From: a virus
Virus record (IMG/VR): IMGVR_UViG_3300034069_000660
Span: 1-64,000 of that record
Reading direction: 5' to 3' (one strand)
DNA: 64,000 bases
Shown: piece after piece, positions 51,256 through 60,875 of the stretch
Layout of the letters: each line of letters begins with the position of its first letter
Numbering within the stretch: the stretch's first letter is position 1
Position numbers and translations under genes: made by a program
Notes under the pieces: model-generated
What the model saw: the letters and a program-made list of their open reading frames with translations, nothing else
Told to the model about the DNA's origin: nothing
Databases searched by the model: none

Positions 51256-51672
51256 TCAGGCCGGGGTTGCCGGCTTGCGGCCCAAGCCGATCGACAGGGC
51301 CAGTTGGCGACGCGTCGCGGCGTAATTCTTCGCCACCATCGGATAATCGGAGTTCAGACCGTACCGCCGCCGGTATTCCTCCGGGGTCAGACCATTGGCG
51401 TTCAGGTGCCGCCGCAACGTCTTGTAGGGCTTGCCGTCGATCATGCTGACGATGAAGTCGTCGTTCGCGAGCGACTTGCGAACCGTCACCGCTGGAATGA
51501 ACGCCTCCGGGTTGGTGGGTTCTTCGACGTCGGGGGAAGGCTGATCGGTGGCAGCAAGCGCCGCATAGGTCGAGGCGACCAGCTGCGGGATATCTTCGGA
51601 CCGGGCGGCGGTGGAGAGGGCTGCGACGACGATCGAGGTGGTCGATATCAGCAGTTCTTTGGGATCGTGCAT
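51256..51672 (-). CDS. MucR/Ros-family DNA-binding protein lacking three of the four canonical zinc ligands
   Basis: IVSMIDGKPYKTLRRHLNANGLTPEEYRRRYGLNSDYPMVAKNYAATRRQLALSIGLG aligns with Ros [66 protein letters not shown] SD. Confidence 0.85.
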   Translation of the reverse strand: MHDPKELLISTTSIVVAALSTAARSEDIPQLVASTYAALAATDQPSPDVEEPTNPEAFIPAVTVRKSLANDDFIVSMIDGKPYKTLRRHLNANGLTPEEYRRRYGLNSDYPMVAKNYAATRRQLALSIGLGRKPATPA

Positions 51673-51755
51673 GGTGGGTCCTTCCGTGGTGGCGACATGC
51701 CAGCGTCGGGGCCGCCCGCGATCTGACGTCGCGGTTCAGGCCCTCCCGTGGCAGG

Positions 51756-52451
51756 TCAGTCGGGGTCGCTGCCGGCTTCGAATTCGAGCGGGTTCTGATC
51801 CGGGTCGGTTGCGGCTTCCCGGTTCTCGCCTTCGAAGTCGGAGACGCTGGCGACGGTCAGCATGACGTGCTTGCCGCGCGCCTTGTGCAGGACGTCGACG
51901 GCACGATTTTCTTCCGACTCCTCGTTGGTCTTCACCTTGCCGGCGATGACGATATCGTCGCCGATGGTGACCTTGGTCAGCAGCACCCGAACCGGGTCCT
52001 GTTGACCGCGCGCCGCGATGGCCTCGACGATCTTGCGGATCAGTTCGCGCCCGGCGTGTTCGCACGCGGCGGCGACATCGCGCTGTTCCGCGTTCGAGGT
52101 GCCGGACCATGGCTTCGGCCGCGACTTGATCTGGTCCAGCAGGAAGTCCCGGGCATCATAGACCAGCGCCTTGTCGGACAGGATCGCGTCGGTCGCCATG
52201 GCTTCCATCCGATCGATCGCGGTGGCGTGTGCACCTTCGGACAGGTCATAGCCATCCGTTCCGGCCCCGGGCTGTGCGTCGATCGCGGCACCCAAGCTGG
52301 CAACGGCATCGGTCAGGGTGCCATCCTGTTGATCACCCGTCGCCGGGGTTTCGGTCGCTGCGGTCCCTTTCTTGCCGCCACGCCGCCGCGCAGCCTTGGC
52401 ATCTTCGTTCAGACCGACGGCGAGCGCCGCGATTCCATCATCATCCGCCAT
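51756..52451 (-). CDS. Hypothetical acidic protein (231 aa)
   Basis: ORF track. Confidence 0.55.
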   Translation of the reverse strand: MADDDGIAALAVGLNEDAKAARRRGGKKGTAATETPATGDQQDGTLTDAVASLGAAIDAQPGAGTDGYDLSEGAHATAIDRMEAMATDAILSDKALVYDARDFLLDQIKSRPKPWSGTSNAEQRDVAAACEHAGRELIRKIVEAIAARGQQDPVRVLLTKVTIGDDIVIAGKVKTNEESEENRAVDVLHKARGKHVMLTVASVSDFEGENREAATDPDQNPLEFEAGSDPD

Positions 52452-53118
52452 TTTCTTCTCCGGTGTTGCCGCGCCTCTGTGGCGGGGTGGGGTGATGACC
52501 CGGCGGGAGCCAGATCAGTTCGGTGCGATGCCGATGGGGCCGGGTGAAGACGATGGCGCAGTAATCCGCCATGCCGCCTTCATAAGGGCGGTCCATCTGA
52601 TCGATCAGGTGACCCGGGGGCATGGTGTGCCGCTCCCGGTAGATACAGACCTGCGAGGGTCGCCAGCGCAGCAGGCGATCCCGGCCCCAGCGGTCCTGCG
52701 ATGCCAGAAACGCGATCGGCAGGATGAAGGCTGCGCGGCGCACCGCGAAAGTGTCCACGACCTTGGTGATGATCCGTTCCGCGATCTCCGCCTCGTAGCT
52801 ATATGGCGGGTTGCAGATCACCGACGTCGCCCTGCCTTCGGCACGCGGCGGCCCCTTGATCTGGGTCAGAATATTGCCGCGCTGGAACCTGTGGCGCGGG
52901 TTGCGGTCCACGATATCGGACCCGAAGGTCGGGTGTCCGTACCGCTTCGCGACGTCGAGGACGTTGCCGCCGCCACAGCACGGGTCCCAGATCAGGTCAT
53001 TGCCGAAATCGACACCGTGCATCAGCTGTTCGACGACGCGGGGGCTTTCCCGGTACCAGTCATAGGGGGCGCGCTCCCACTTTTTCGACCGGTCACCGCC
53101 GGCGGGCCGGTTCGACAT
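52441..53118 (-). CDS. Orphan DNA N6-adenine methyltransferase-like protein (SAM motif precedes NPPY)
   Basis: DPCCGGGNVLD (motif I) and VICNPPYSY (motif IV). No adjacent nuclease. Confidence 0.75.
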   Translation of the reverse strand: MSNRPAGGDRSKKWERAPYDWYRESPRVVEQLMHGVDFGNDLIWDPCCGGGNVLDVAKRYGHPTFGSDIVDRNPRHRFQRGNILTQIKGPPRAEGRATSVICNPPYSYEAEIAERIITKVVDTFAVRRAAFILPIAFLASQDRWGRDRLLRWRPSQVCIYRERHTMPPGHLIDQMDRPYEGGMADYCAIVFTRPHRHRTELIWLPPGHHPTPPQRRGNTGEENGG

Positions 53119-53324
53119 TATGCGTCACCCTGCGCGGCCTGTGCCTCGATTCGATCAAGCTGTTCTTCCAGCCTGCGGACGAAGCTGACCCGGGCGCGGC
53201 CACGGCGCTTTGCGCGCGACCACGACGCGTGATGAATGCTCGCAAGTTCGCACAGTTCGCCCATCAGGACCCGGGCAGCAGCGGCGCGCTTCTCGATCGC
53301 GGCAATTTCGTCAGGACCAATCAT
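53118..53324 (-). CDS. Small HTH regulator (68 aa), first gene of the leftward operon
   Basis: HTH-like segment MGELCELASIHHASWSRAKRRG. Borders the divergent intergenic region. No SD. Confidence 0.5.
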   Translation of the reverse strand: MIGPDEIAAIEKRAAAARVLMGELCELASIHHASWSRAKRRGRARVSFVRRLEEQLDRIEAQAAQGDA

Positions 53325-53454
53325 GGAGGCGCTGATACGCCGGCCCTAAATGTTAAGCAACGGGAAAATATGTGCTTGCCATCGTCGCAGCATCGGCCCA
53401 AATGGCGTGACCTGATCGACCGGGAACCGGCGGTCGCCCACCACGGAGGCATCA
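53325..53454. promoter_or_regulatory. Divergent early promoter/operator (switch) region
   Basis: Only divergent gap in the window, with a locally AT-rich core (AAATGTTAAGCAACGGGAAAATATGTGCTTGCC). TTGCCA-N17-CAAATG lies on the plus strand (53376-53404) and carries the half-site GTCGCAGC. Confidence 0.55.
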
Positions 53455-53757
53455 ATGCCGCAGAAGAAACAGGCCCCACCGAAGGCGCTGCCCGGTGACG
53501 TTGTTCAGATCACCGCGACGACGCATGATCTGCGCGGCACGCTGGCGATCGTGTCAGAAGTCGGTCGTCGCCATGTCGGGGTCAATGTCGGTGCCATCGG
53601 CGGCGATGGCCGCGTCGTCACCGCGTACCAGCGGCTTCGACACGATGCCTTCGCGATCATTGGTGCCGCTGCGCTGCTGACCCCGGAGGTGCAGAAGGCG
53701 CGGGTCAATGCCGTCGAGACGGCGCGGCTGGTGGCGGAGGAAGCCCGCAATGGCTGA
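53455..53757 (+). CDS. Hypothetical protein (100 aa), first gene of the rightward operon
   Basis: GGAGG lies 5 nt upstream of the ATG. Confidence 0.5.
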   Translation: MPQKKQAPPKALPGDVVQITATTHDLRGTLAIVSEVGRRHVGVNVGAIGGDGRVVTAYQRLRHDAFAIIGAAALLTPEVQKARVNAVETARLVAEEARNG

Positions 53758-53914
53758 TGCGCGCAGCTACAGGGACTTCATCCCGTACCGATACCGCGAC
53801 GAGAAGCCCGCGATCCTGACGCCCGCCCCGGGTGCGATCGTGATCACGTCTCGCGGTGCTTTCGTCGTCGGTGACGATGGCAAGCACTATCCCCGGCCGC
53901 CGCGCCGGTCATGA
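53750..53914 (+). CDS. Hypothetical protein (54 aa)
   Basis: Start is M15 of ORF 53708-53914, overlapping the upstream stop (ATGGCTGA). Confidence 0.4.
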   Translation: MADARSYRDFIPYRYRDEKPAILTPAPGAIVITSRGAFVVGDDGKHYPRPPRRS

Positions 53915-54237
53915 GGTTCGCGGCGATCCAGCCGCGCACAGAAGAGGACGAACAGATGGCAATCTTCAAGGTAGGGATCGCAGGGCGAAAGTCGCCGGTG
54001 TTGATCAAGGCGGAGGGCAAGCGCGAAGCCTATGCCCGCATCATCACTTCCTGCGACGCCCTGACGGCAGAGGAAATGGAGGTGGCCCTGACGTCGGGCG
54101 ACAAGGTCTGGGCGGCGGGCGAGCCGTTCCCGGTCGAGGCCCCGGAGGTCAAGGGCGTCGACGACGGCCTGATCAAGGACGGCATGATCGATCCGGTCGG
54201 CGAAATGCGCAAGGCCGGCGAAGGCCTGCCCGAATAA
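53911..54237 (+). CDS. Hypothetical protein (108 aa; alternative start 53956 with GAGGA SD)
   Basis: ORF track. ATGA overlap at 53911. Confidence 0.5.
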   Translation: MRFAAIQPRTEEDEQMAIFKVGIAGRKSPVLIKAEGKREAYARIITSCDALTAEEMEVALTSGDKVWAAGEPFPVEAPEVKGVDDGLIKDGMIDPVGEMRKAGEGLPE

Positions 54238-54284
54238 CAACCCGGGCCGGCACCCTGCCGGCCCATCCCACCACAGGAGTATGT

Positions 54285-55727
54285 ATGCGCGTCGTTTCAC
54301 TGGTCGCACAGAATTTCAAGCGGCTACAGGCCGTCGAGATCGTCCCCACCGGCAACGTCGTCACGATCGGCGGGAAGAACGGACACGGCAAGTCCAGCGT
54401 CCTCGACGCCATCTATGTCGCGTTGAAGGGTCGCGCCGCGAATGCCCCGGTTCCGATCCATGCCGGGGCGGAGAAGTGCCTTATCAGGCTCGACATGGGC
54501 GATCTGGTCATCACGCGGACCTTCACCCGCAAGGGCGACACCGAATACACCGACACGTTGAAGGTCGAGAACGCCGAAGGATTCCGCGCCAGCAACCCAC
54601 AGGCGACCTTGAACGCCCTGCTGGGCGAGATCGGGTTCGACCCGTTCGAGTTCGCGCAGAAGGACCCGAAGAAACAGGCCGCCACCATCCTCGAAATGGT
54701 GCCCCTGTCGGTCGACCTCGACGAATTGGCGGAACAGGACAAGTCCGACTATGCGAACCGGCGCGATATCAACCGCGACGGGACCGCACTGGCGGCGCAG
54801 CTGGATGCGATCCCTGTCGAAGAGGTCCCGGAGAACGCCCCGGACCGGGACGCCCTTACCGAACGGCTGGCGTCGGCATCGGAGACGAACATCGCGATCG
54901 AGCGGGAACGCACGCGTCGCGTACAGCTGACGGCGACCGTCAATCGGCAGCGCCAGACCGCCGCGTCGGACCGTGAACGGGCGGCGGAATTGCGGGCAGA
55001 GGCGACCCGCCTGAACGAAGCCGCTGCACAGAAGGCCGCCGATGCTGCCAAAATGGACAAGGAAGCGGACACCGCCGCGCAGGCTATCGCCGAACTGCCG
55101 GAACTCGACACGCCTGTCGATGCCGCCGCGATCCAGCTGGAACTCCGGCAGGCAGACGCGACCCTTGCCCTGATCGATCGCCAGAAGCGGCGGGCCGAAC
55201 TGGCGACGCGGGTCGATGCGATGCGGGCCAAGTCGGAGGGGTTCACGAAGAACCTGCAGGACCGGGCCAAGCTGCGCACCGACGCACTGGCGAAGGCGCG
55301 GATGCCGGTCGAGGGCTTGGGCATCGGGATCGATGCGAAGGGGGAAGCCTATCTGACGTGGGAAGGCCTGCCCTTCGACAAGGACCAGATCAGCACCGCG
55401 ATCCAGCTGCGCGTCTCCACGGCGATCGGCATGGCAGCGAACCCGCAACTGCGCGTCCTGCGAATCAAGGATGGATCGCTGCTGGACGAGGACAGCATGG
55501 CGATGCTGTCGCAGATGGCGGTCGACGAGGATTTCCAGCTGTGGGTTGAGGTCGTCGGCAACGGCGGGACCGGGATCATCATGGAGAACGGCGCGGTCCG
55601 GGGCGACGAACCTGCCGACGATGACCCCAAGGGCCCGACCAGCGATGACGCCGCCCCGGATGCGCCGGCCGCCCCGAAGGCTCGCAAGGGCAAGGCGTCT
55701 GCCAAGGCACAGGGGGGCTTGCTGTGA
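54285..55727 (+). CDS. SMC/RecF/Rad50-like AAA ATPase (480 aa) with central coiled coil
   Basis: Start is M144 of ORF 53856-55727 (GGAG 5 nt upstream). Walker A GGKNGHGKSSVLDAI. Long Ala/Glu/Arg coiled coil. C-terminal LRVLRIKDGSLLDEDS (Walker B-like). Confidence 0.75.
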   Translation: MRVVSLVAQNFKRLQAVEIVPTGNVVTIGGKNGHGKSSVLDAIYVALKGRAANAPVPIHAGAEKCLIRLDMGDLVITRTFTRKGDTEYTDTLKVENAEGFRASNPQATLNALLGEIGFDPFEFAQKDPKKQAATILEMVPLSVDLDELAEQDKSDYANRRDINRDGTALAAQLDAIPVEEVPENAPDRDALTERLASASETNIAIERERTRRVQLTATVNRQRQTAASDRERAAELRAEATRLNEAAAQKAADAAKMDKEADTAAQAIAELPELDTPVDAAAIQLELRQADATLALIDRQKRRAELATRVDAMRAKSEGFTKNLQDRAKLRTDALAKARMPVEGLGIGIDAKGEAYLTWEGLPFDKDQISTAIQLRVSTAIGMAANPQLRVLRIKDGSLLDEDSMAMLSQMAVDEDFQLWVEVVGNGGTGIIMENGAVRGDEPADDDPKGPTSDDAAPDAPAAPKARKGKASAKAQGGLL

Positions 55728-55969
55728 CGTGTTGGGTCTATCTGGGGCAGGTCAATCGTGGTGATCCGTTTACCGTCGGGTTCTATAAGCCCGACGGTGA
55801 ATGGGAGCCGGAGAGCGATCACGCGACGGCGGACGCGGCGGCGAAGCGGGTGCACTACCTGAACGGTGGGATCGACCTGACGGCACCGCTGAACGCCTAC
55901 GGCGAGGGGATCGGCGAGGCGATCCAAGGTCAACACGAACGCGGGCTGCGCGGCATCCCCAACCCCTGA
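55724..55969 (+). CDS. Hypothetical protein (81 aa, GTG start overlapping the upstream stop)
   Basis: ORF track. Confidence 0.45.
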   Translation: MTCWVYLGQVNRGDPFTVGFYKPDGEWEPESDHATADAAAKRVHYLNGGIDLTAPLNAYGEGIGEAIQGQHERGLRGIPNP

Positions 55970-55983
55970 TCGGAGAATCACAG

Positions 55984-57654
55984 ATGACGCGCAAGGATTT
56001 GGAAACGGCGATCCGCAAGGAAGTCGAGAACTGGCCCGGGGTCACCGTCGAGTTCGTGGACGGTGGCAAGCACCCGAAGGCCAAGCTGACCTATACCCCC
56101 GCCGAAGGCGACGCCCTGAACCTGTCCCGGCCCTATGCCGGGACACCTAGCGACGCCGCCCACGGTATCCATCGCACCCTCGGCGACATGCGGCGGGTCA
56201 TGAAACAGCTTGGGGCGACGCGCGCCACCCCGGCCCCCTCGAAAGAGGAAGACGAAGCCCCATACCGCAAGCCGAACGATGGCCGGGAAAAGCGGCCGGA
56301 CCCGGTCGAGGGGGAACCCCCTGCCCCCAAAAAGGACGCGGTCGATCAGCTGGTCGATGCCGGCGCTGTGACCCCAGAGGCAGGCGAGGCGGTCCGGGCA
56401 TCGCTCGACGACACGATCGCCGACAATCGCAGCAAGGCCCGCGCGATCATCGGCCAGAGCGAGGCAGAGGCTTCGCGGGTGGCGCGTGACGTCATACTGG
56501 CGGAGGCTAAGGCGCTGGTCGCCTCGATCACCGATGGCGTCTATTTCGACCTTGCCGATGACGTCTATCACGCGGTCCCGCGTCTTTCCGCGTCCGGTAT
56601 CCAGAAGATATGCGTCAGCCCCGGCACGTTCTGGCGGAATAGCTGGCTGGACCCCGAACGTCCGGAACTCGACGAGGAACAGACGCTGGCGCAGATGCTG
56701 GGCAAGGCTTACCACAAGGCCCGGCTCGAACCCGAACTGTTCCCGCAGACCTATTTCCGGGGGCTCGACAAGTCGGAATTCCCGGATGCGCTGTTTACCG
56801 CTGACCAGATGAAGGCCGTCTGCGAGGATATCGGGCTGTCGAAAACCGGGACCAAGGACGTTCTCGCCGATCGTCTGGTCGATCACGGCTACAGCGAACG
56901 CCCGATCTGGACCGTGATGGAACGTCAGTGGGAGATCGACCGCGCCGGCCGTATCCCTCTGCCCGCCAAGCACTATGATCAGATGACGATCGACATGGAT
57001 CGTATCCATCAGAATGGCGAGGTCGCGGAGCTGTTGACCGGCGGCTTCGCCGAGGTGTCGATATTCTGGACTGATAAACACGGTATCAAGATGAAGTCGC
57101 GCGTCGATTATCTGGCGGCGAAGCATTGGGCGGACTTTAAGACCTTCGACAACAGCCGGGGAAAACAGCTGGACGAGTGTCTGGCCGACGCCTTCCGATA
57201 CAACCGATACTATGTGCAAGGCACCGTCTATCGCGAAGCGGTCGAGGCGATCCGAACCGGCGGCCTCGACATCATCGGCGACGCCACCGATGAACAACGG
57301 GCATTCATCGCAGCGATGCGGATCAATCCCGTCGAACTGGATTGTCACTATGTCTTTCAGGAGAAGGGCGGCATCCCTAACCTGATCGCGTATGAATTCC
57401 CGTTCTACATGGTGCCGTTCACCACGATCTTTCACGAAGCCCTTACCGATGATGAAGAACGGAAACAGGCTGTCCGGGAACTGACCCGGAACCGGACCCG
57501 GTTGTTCATGAAGGGTCAGCATGAAGTGATCGAGGCTAAAAAGCTGTTCATGCTCTATAGTCAGATTTACCCGCCCGGGACCCCGTGGTTTCCGATCCAT
57601 GCCCGCCGGACGTTCACCGACGAACAATTCAGCGCCTATTGGCTCGAACCATGA
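55984..57654 (+). CDS. RecE/YqaJ-like PD-(D/E)XK exonuclease (556 aa) with SAP motif
   Basis: Start is M62 of ORF 55801-57654 (GGAGA 7 nt upstream). Nuclease motifs YHAVPRLSASG, LGKAYHKARLE, AEVSIFW..KMKSRVDYL..ADFKT. SAP-like segment MKAVCEDIGLSKTGTKDVLADRLVDHG. Confidence 0.7.
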   Translation: MTRKDLETAIRKEVENWPGVTVEFVDGGKHPKAKLTYTPAEGDALNLSRPYAGTPSDAAHGIHRTLGDMRRVMKQLGATRATPAPSKEEDEAPYRKPNDGREKRPDPVEGEPPAPKKDAVDQLVDAGAVTPEAGEAVRASLDDTIADNRSKARAIIGQSEAEASRVARDVILAEAKALVASITDGVYFDLADDVYHAVPRLSASGIQKICVSPGTFWRNSWLDPERPELDEEQTLAQMLGKAYHKARLEPELFPQTYFRGLDKSEFPDALFTADQMKAVCEDIGLSKTGTKDVLADRLVDHGYSERPIWTVMERQWEIDRAGRIPLPAKHYDQMTIDMDRIHQNGEVAELLTGGFAEVSIFWTDKHGIKMKSRVDYLAAKHWADFKTFDNSRGKQLDECLADAFRYNRYYVQGTVYREAVEAIRTGGLDIIGDATDEQRAFIAAMRINPVELDCHYVFQEKGGIPNLIAYEFPFYMVPFTTIFHEALTDDEERKQAVRELTRNRTRLFMKGQHEVIEAKKLFMLYSQIYPPGTPWFPIHARRTFTDEQFSAYWLEP

Positions 57655-58352
57655 TCCGGATCATCGATTATGAAGCCACCACGGGCGAACCCGGCGGCAG
57701 GGTGATCGAGGTCGGATGGTGCGACTTCGATCCGGCGACCGGCGCGATCGGTGCGAGCGATGGGCACCTGTGCGGGATCGATGCGGAGACTCCGATGCCG
57801 CCGGATGCCCGCGCTGTCCATCATATCCGCCGCGAACAGCTGGCGGGCCTGCCACGGTATGATGCGCGCCTGACCTATGAACACGCGATGCGAGCCGGGG
57901 TGGTGTGTTTCGCCGCGCACAGCGCTGATTTCGAGGGGACGCACCTGATGGGGTCTATACCCCTGATCTGCACCTACAAGGCCGCGCTCCGGGTCTGGCC
58001 CGATGCCCCGAAACACTCGAACTTCGCGTTGCTCTACTGGTTGGAAGATCAGGGCATCATCTTCGACCGTGACCGTGCATGGCCGCCGCACCGTGCCACA
58101 TCGGACGCCTATGCCACAGCGGTCCTGTTGCGGGAGATCATGGCAACCGGGGCGACAGGTGCCGATCTGTTCGAATGGACGCGCCGGCCCGCGATGCTGC
58201 CGCGCTGTCCCTTGGGGCAATGGCGCGGCCGGCGATGGGAAGAGGTCGATACCGGCTTCCTGCACTGGATACTAAACAAAATCATGGACCGCGACGACGT
58301 CAGATACTGCGCCGCCGTGGAACTGGACAGACGAGAAGGAACAGACGAATGA
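57651..58352 (+). CDS. DnaQ-like 3'-5' exonuclease (DEDDh) with DUF3820-like C-terminus
   Basis: Start is M23 of ORF 57585-58352 (ATGA overlap). Motifs IIDYEAT, AAHSADFE, HRATSDAYA. Confidence 0.75.
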   Translation: MIRIIDYEATTGEPGGRVIEVGWCDFDPATGAIGASDGHLCGIDAETPMPPDARAVHHIRREQLAGLPRYDARLTYEHAMRAGVVCFAAHSADFEGTHLMGSIPLICTYKAALRVWPDAPKHSNFALLYWLEDQGIIFDRDRAWPPHRATSDAYATAVLLREIMATGATGADLFEWTRRPAMLPRCPLGQWRGRRWEEVDTGFLHWILNKIMDRDDVRYCAAVELDRREGTDE

Positions 58353-59365
58353 CCGACAACACCGAAATTGCCACCTATCAGGAGGCGGCCCCACCGGCTC
58401 CGTTCAGGTCCGAAAGCGGCAACATCATCGCTATGCTGATCGACGCTGCGCGCGATCCCGCGCTCGACGCCGATAAAATGCGGACCATGAAGGACCTCGC
58501 CACCGAACTGCAGGTCAGCGAACGGCAGGCCCGGTTCAACAGCGACTTCAACGCCGCCCTGATGGACATGCCGGTCATCACGAAGGCCGGGATCATCACC
58601 ATTCCCGCCAAGGATGGAAAGCCGGAGCGGACGCAAGGGCGGTTCGCTCGATTCGAGGATATCGATCGCGTCGTGCGCCCGATCCTTCGCCGGCATCATC
58701 TGGCGATCCGGTTCGAGGTCGGCGAACTCAACCAGACCGTCAGTGTCAGGCCGATCCTGTCCCATGCCAACGGCCACACCGAACGCGGCGAAGCGATGCG
58801 GGTGCCGCTCGACACGTCCGGGTCGAAGAACAACACCCAAGGGGCCGGGTCGGCGGTGACCTATGGCAAGCGCTATACCATGTGCGCCTTCCTGAACATC
58901 GTCACCGAAGGCACCGACGACGACGGGAGCCTCGGCAAGTTCGCGATCGACATGCCGCACGAACGGGAGGTGACCGTTCTGGAACAGGCCGAAGCCGCCT
59001 TCGCCGATGGCACCTACACCGCATGGTTCGCGACCCAGTCGCCGAAGGATCGGGCATGGCTGATCAGCAGCGGGCATCACACCCGCATGGGCGGTGCCCC
59101 GGCGCTGCCGGATGCGTCGCGGTCCACCGGCAATAACGGCGATGCACCGCGTCAGCAGCAGGTCGGCCCGGAAACAGCGCAGGGCTGGACCGATCAGTAT
59201 GTCGAGGACTGCCGCGCCGCGCCCGACCTGATGACGCTTCAGACCGTCCAGACCAAGGGCAAGCGGGCGCTCGACAAGCTGCGGGCCGGTCATCCCGATC
59301 TGCACACCAAGGCGATCGAGGCGGGGCAGAAGGCGTTCGAACGCCTGTCGGGGAGTGAAGGCTGA
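58349..59365 (+). CDS. erf: Erf-family single-strand annealing protein
   Basis: Start is M91 of ORF 58079-59365 (ATGA overlap). [20 protein letters not shown] is typical of the ERF family. Confidence 0.75.
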   Translation: MTDNTEIATYQEAAPPAPFRSESGNIIAMLIDAARDPALDADKMRTMKDLATELQVSERQARFNSDFNAALMDMPVITKAGIITIPAKDGKPERTQGRFARFEDIDRVVRPILRRHHLAIRFEVGELNQTVSVRPILSHANGHTERGEAMRVPLDTSGSKNNTQGAGSAVTYGKRYTMCAFLNIVTEGTDDDGSLGKFAIDMPHEREVTVLEQAEAAFADGTYTAWFATQSPKDRAWLISSGHHTRMGGAPALPDASRSTGNNGDAPRQQQVGPETAQGWTDQYVEDCRAAPDLMTLQTVQTKGKRALDKLRAGHPDLHTKAIEAGQKAFERLSGSEG

Positions 59366-59904
59366 TGGCTGGTTCGCTGAACAAGGTCTGCCTGATCGGG
59401 ATGCTGGGGCGCGATCCCGAATCGAAGTCGTTTCAGAACGGCGGCAAGGTCGTGAACCTGCGCATCGCGACTTCTGAATCGTGGAAGGATCGCCAGTCCG
59501 GGGAGCGCAAAGAGAAGACCGAATGGCATTCGGTCGCGATCTTCGCATCGGGCAACGGTGATGGCCTCGCCGGCATCGCGGAAAGGTTTCTGCGCAAGGG
59601 ATCGCAGGTCTACATCGAAGGCAAGTTGCAGACGCGGAAGTGGCAGGATCAAGCCGGGAACGACCGCTACGCCACAGAGATCGTCCTTCAGGGGTACGGT
59701 GCCGTTCTGACCATGCTGAACAAGGCCCCCGGCGGTGACAGCGGCGGCGGATCGCGCGGCGGTGACGACTGGGGCGGTGAAGACAGCCGGGGCCGCTCCG
59801 GGTCGAGCGGCGGCACGAACAACTTCAACGGCGGTGGCGGGCGCAGCGGCGGGTTCGGGGGCGGCGGCTTCGCCGATGATCTCGACGACGACGTGCCGTT
59901 TTGA
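59365..59904 (+). CDS. ssb: Single-stranded DNA-binding protein
   Basis: OB-fold N-terminus ([23 protein letters not shown]), Gly-rich linker and acidic DDDVPF tail. Confidence 0.92.
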   Translation: MAGSLNKVCLIGMLGRDPESKSFQNGGKVVNLRIATSESWKDRQSGERKEKTEWHSVAIFASGNGDGLAGIAERFLRKGSQVYIEGKLQTRKWQDQAGNDRYATEIVLQGYGAVLTMLNKAPGGDSGGGSRGGDDWGGEDSRGRSGSSGGTNNFNGGGGRSGGFGGGGFADDLDDDVPF

Positions 59905-59957
59905 CTCCGGGCGGCTCCGGCCGCCCACTCCCACCTCCCACCATCGACGAGGCCACG

Positions 59958-60875
59958 ATGCCACCATTCCCCGACAGCCCCAAATTCGACGCGATCCGCG
60001 CCCTTCTCAAACGGGAGGGGACCGGGATCAGCTGGACCCACCTGACCTTCAACCCGTGGATCGGTTGCCAAAAGGTCAGCCCCGCGTGCGACAACTGCTA
60101 TGCCGAGGTGGTCGGTAGGAACCGCCTGAACGTCGAGTGGGGGCCGGGGGCGGAACGTCGCCGCACCAAGCCCGCGACGTGGGCGAAGGTGATGAAGTGG
60201 CAGCGGATCGCGGCGGAAGCCGGGGTCTATCTCCACGTCTTCTGCGCCAGCCTTGCCGATTGGGCAGATAATGCAGTCCCGGATCAGTGGCGCGACGAAC
60301 TTGCCGAGACGATCATGCAGACCCCTAATCTGATCTGGAAGCTGCTGACGAAGCGGATCGGCAATGCCCGGGCCTATCTCGAACGCATGTTCCCCGACGG
60401 GGTGCCGCGTAACGTCTGGTTGGGCGTTACGATCGCTAATCAGGCGGAGGCGGACCGCGACCTGCCCAAGGCGTTATCGGTGAAGACCGGGCTTGGTATT
60501 CGCCGCCTGTTCCTGTCGTGCGAACCGCTGCTAGGACCTCTTGACCTGACGCGATGGCTGACGGTGCCGGGTGCGATCGATCAGGTCATCGTAGGCGGCG
60601 AAAGCGGGCAGGGCGCACGGCCGATGCCCGGGGAGTGGCCGGACAATATCCAGATGGATTGCGAGGACGCCGGGGTCGCGTTTCACTTCAAGCAATGGGG
60701 CGAGTGGTTGCCGTGGTATCCGGGTCGCGGAATGCCTGACGCCTATGTCACGCTCGCCGACGGAACGGTCACCCCGGACAATCGCGTAGGATCACGGCCG
60801 ATGGCGAAGGTCGGGGTCAGGCGAGCGGGCCGCACGCTGCGCGGCAAGGAATTTCAGGAAATGCCATCATGCTGA
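59958..60875 (+). CDS. Phage Gp37/Gp68 family protein (DUF5131); alternative TTG start at 59901
   Basis: ISWTHLTFNPWIGCQKVSPACDNCYAE is typical of DUF5131. GAGG lies 5 nt upstream of ATG 59958. Confidence 0.75.
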   Translation: MPPFPDSPKFDAIRALLKREGTGISWTHLTFNPWIGCQKVSPACDNCYAEVVGRNRLNVEWGPGAERRRTKPATWAKVMKWQRIAAEAGVYLHVFCASLADWADNAVPDQWRDELAETIMQTPNLIWKLLTKRIGNARAYLERMFPDGVPRNVWLGVTIANQAEADRDLPKALSVKTGLGIRRLFLSCEPLLGPLDLTRWLTVPGAIDQVIVGGESGQGARPMPGEWPDNIQMDCEDAGVAFHFKQWGEWLPWYPGRGMPDAYVTLADGTVTPDNRVGSRPMAKVGVRRAGRTLRGKEFQEMPSC

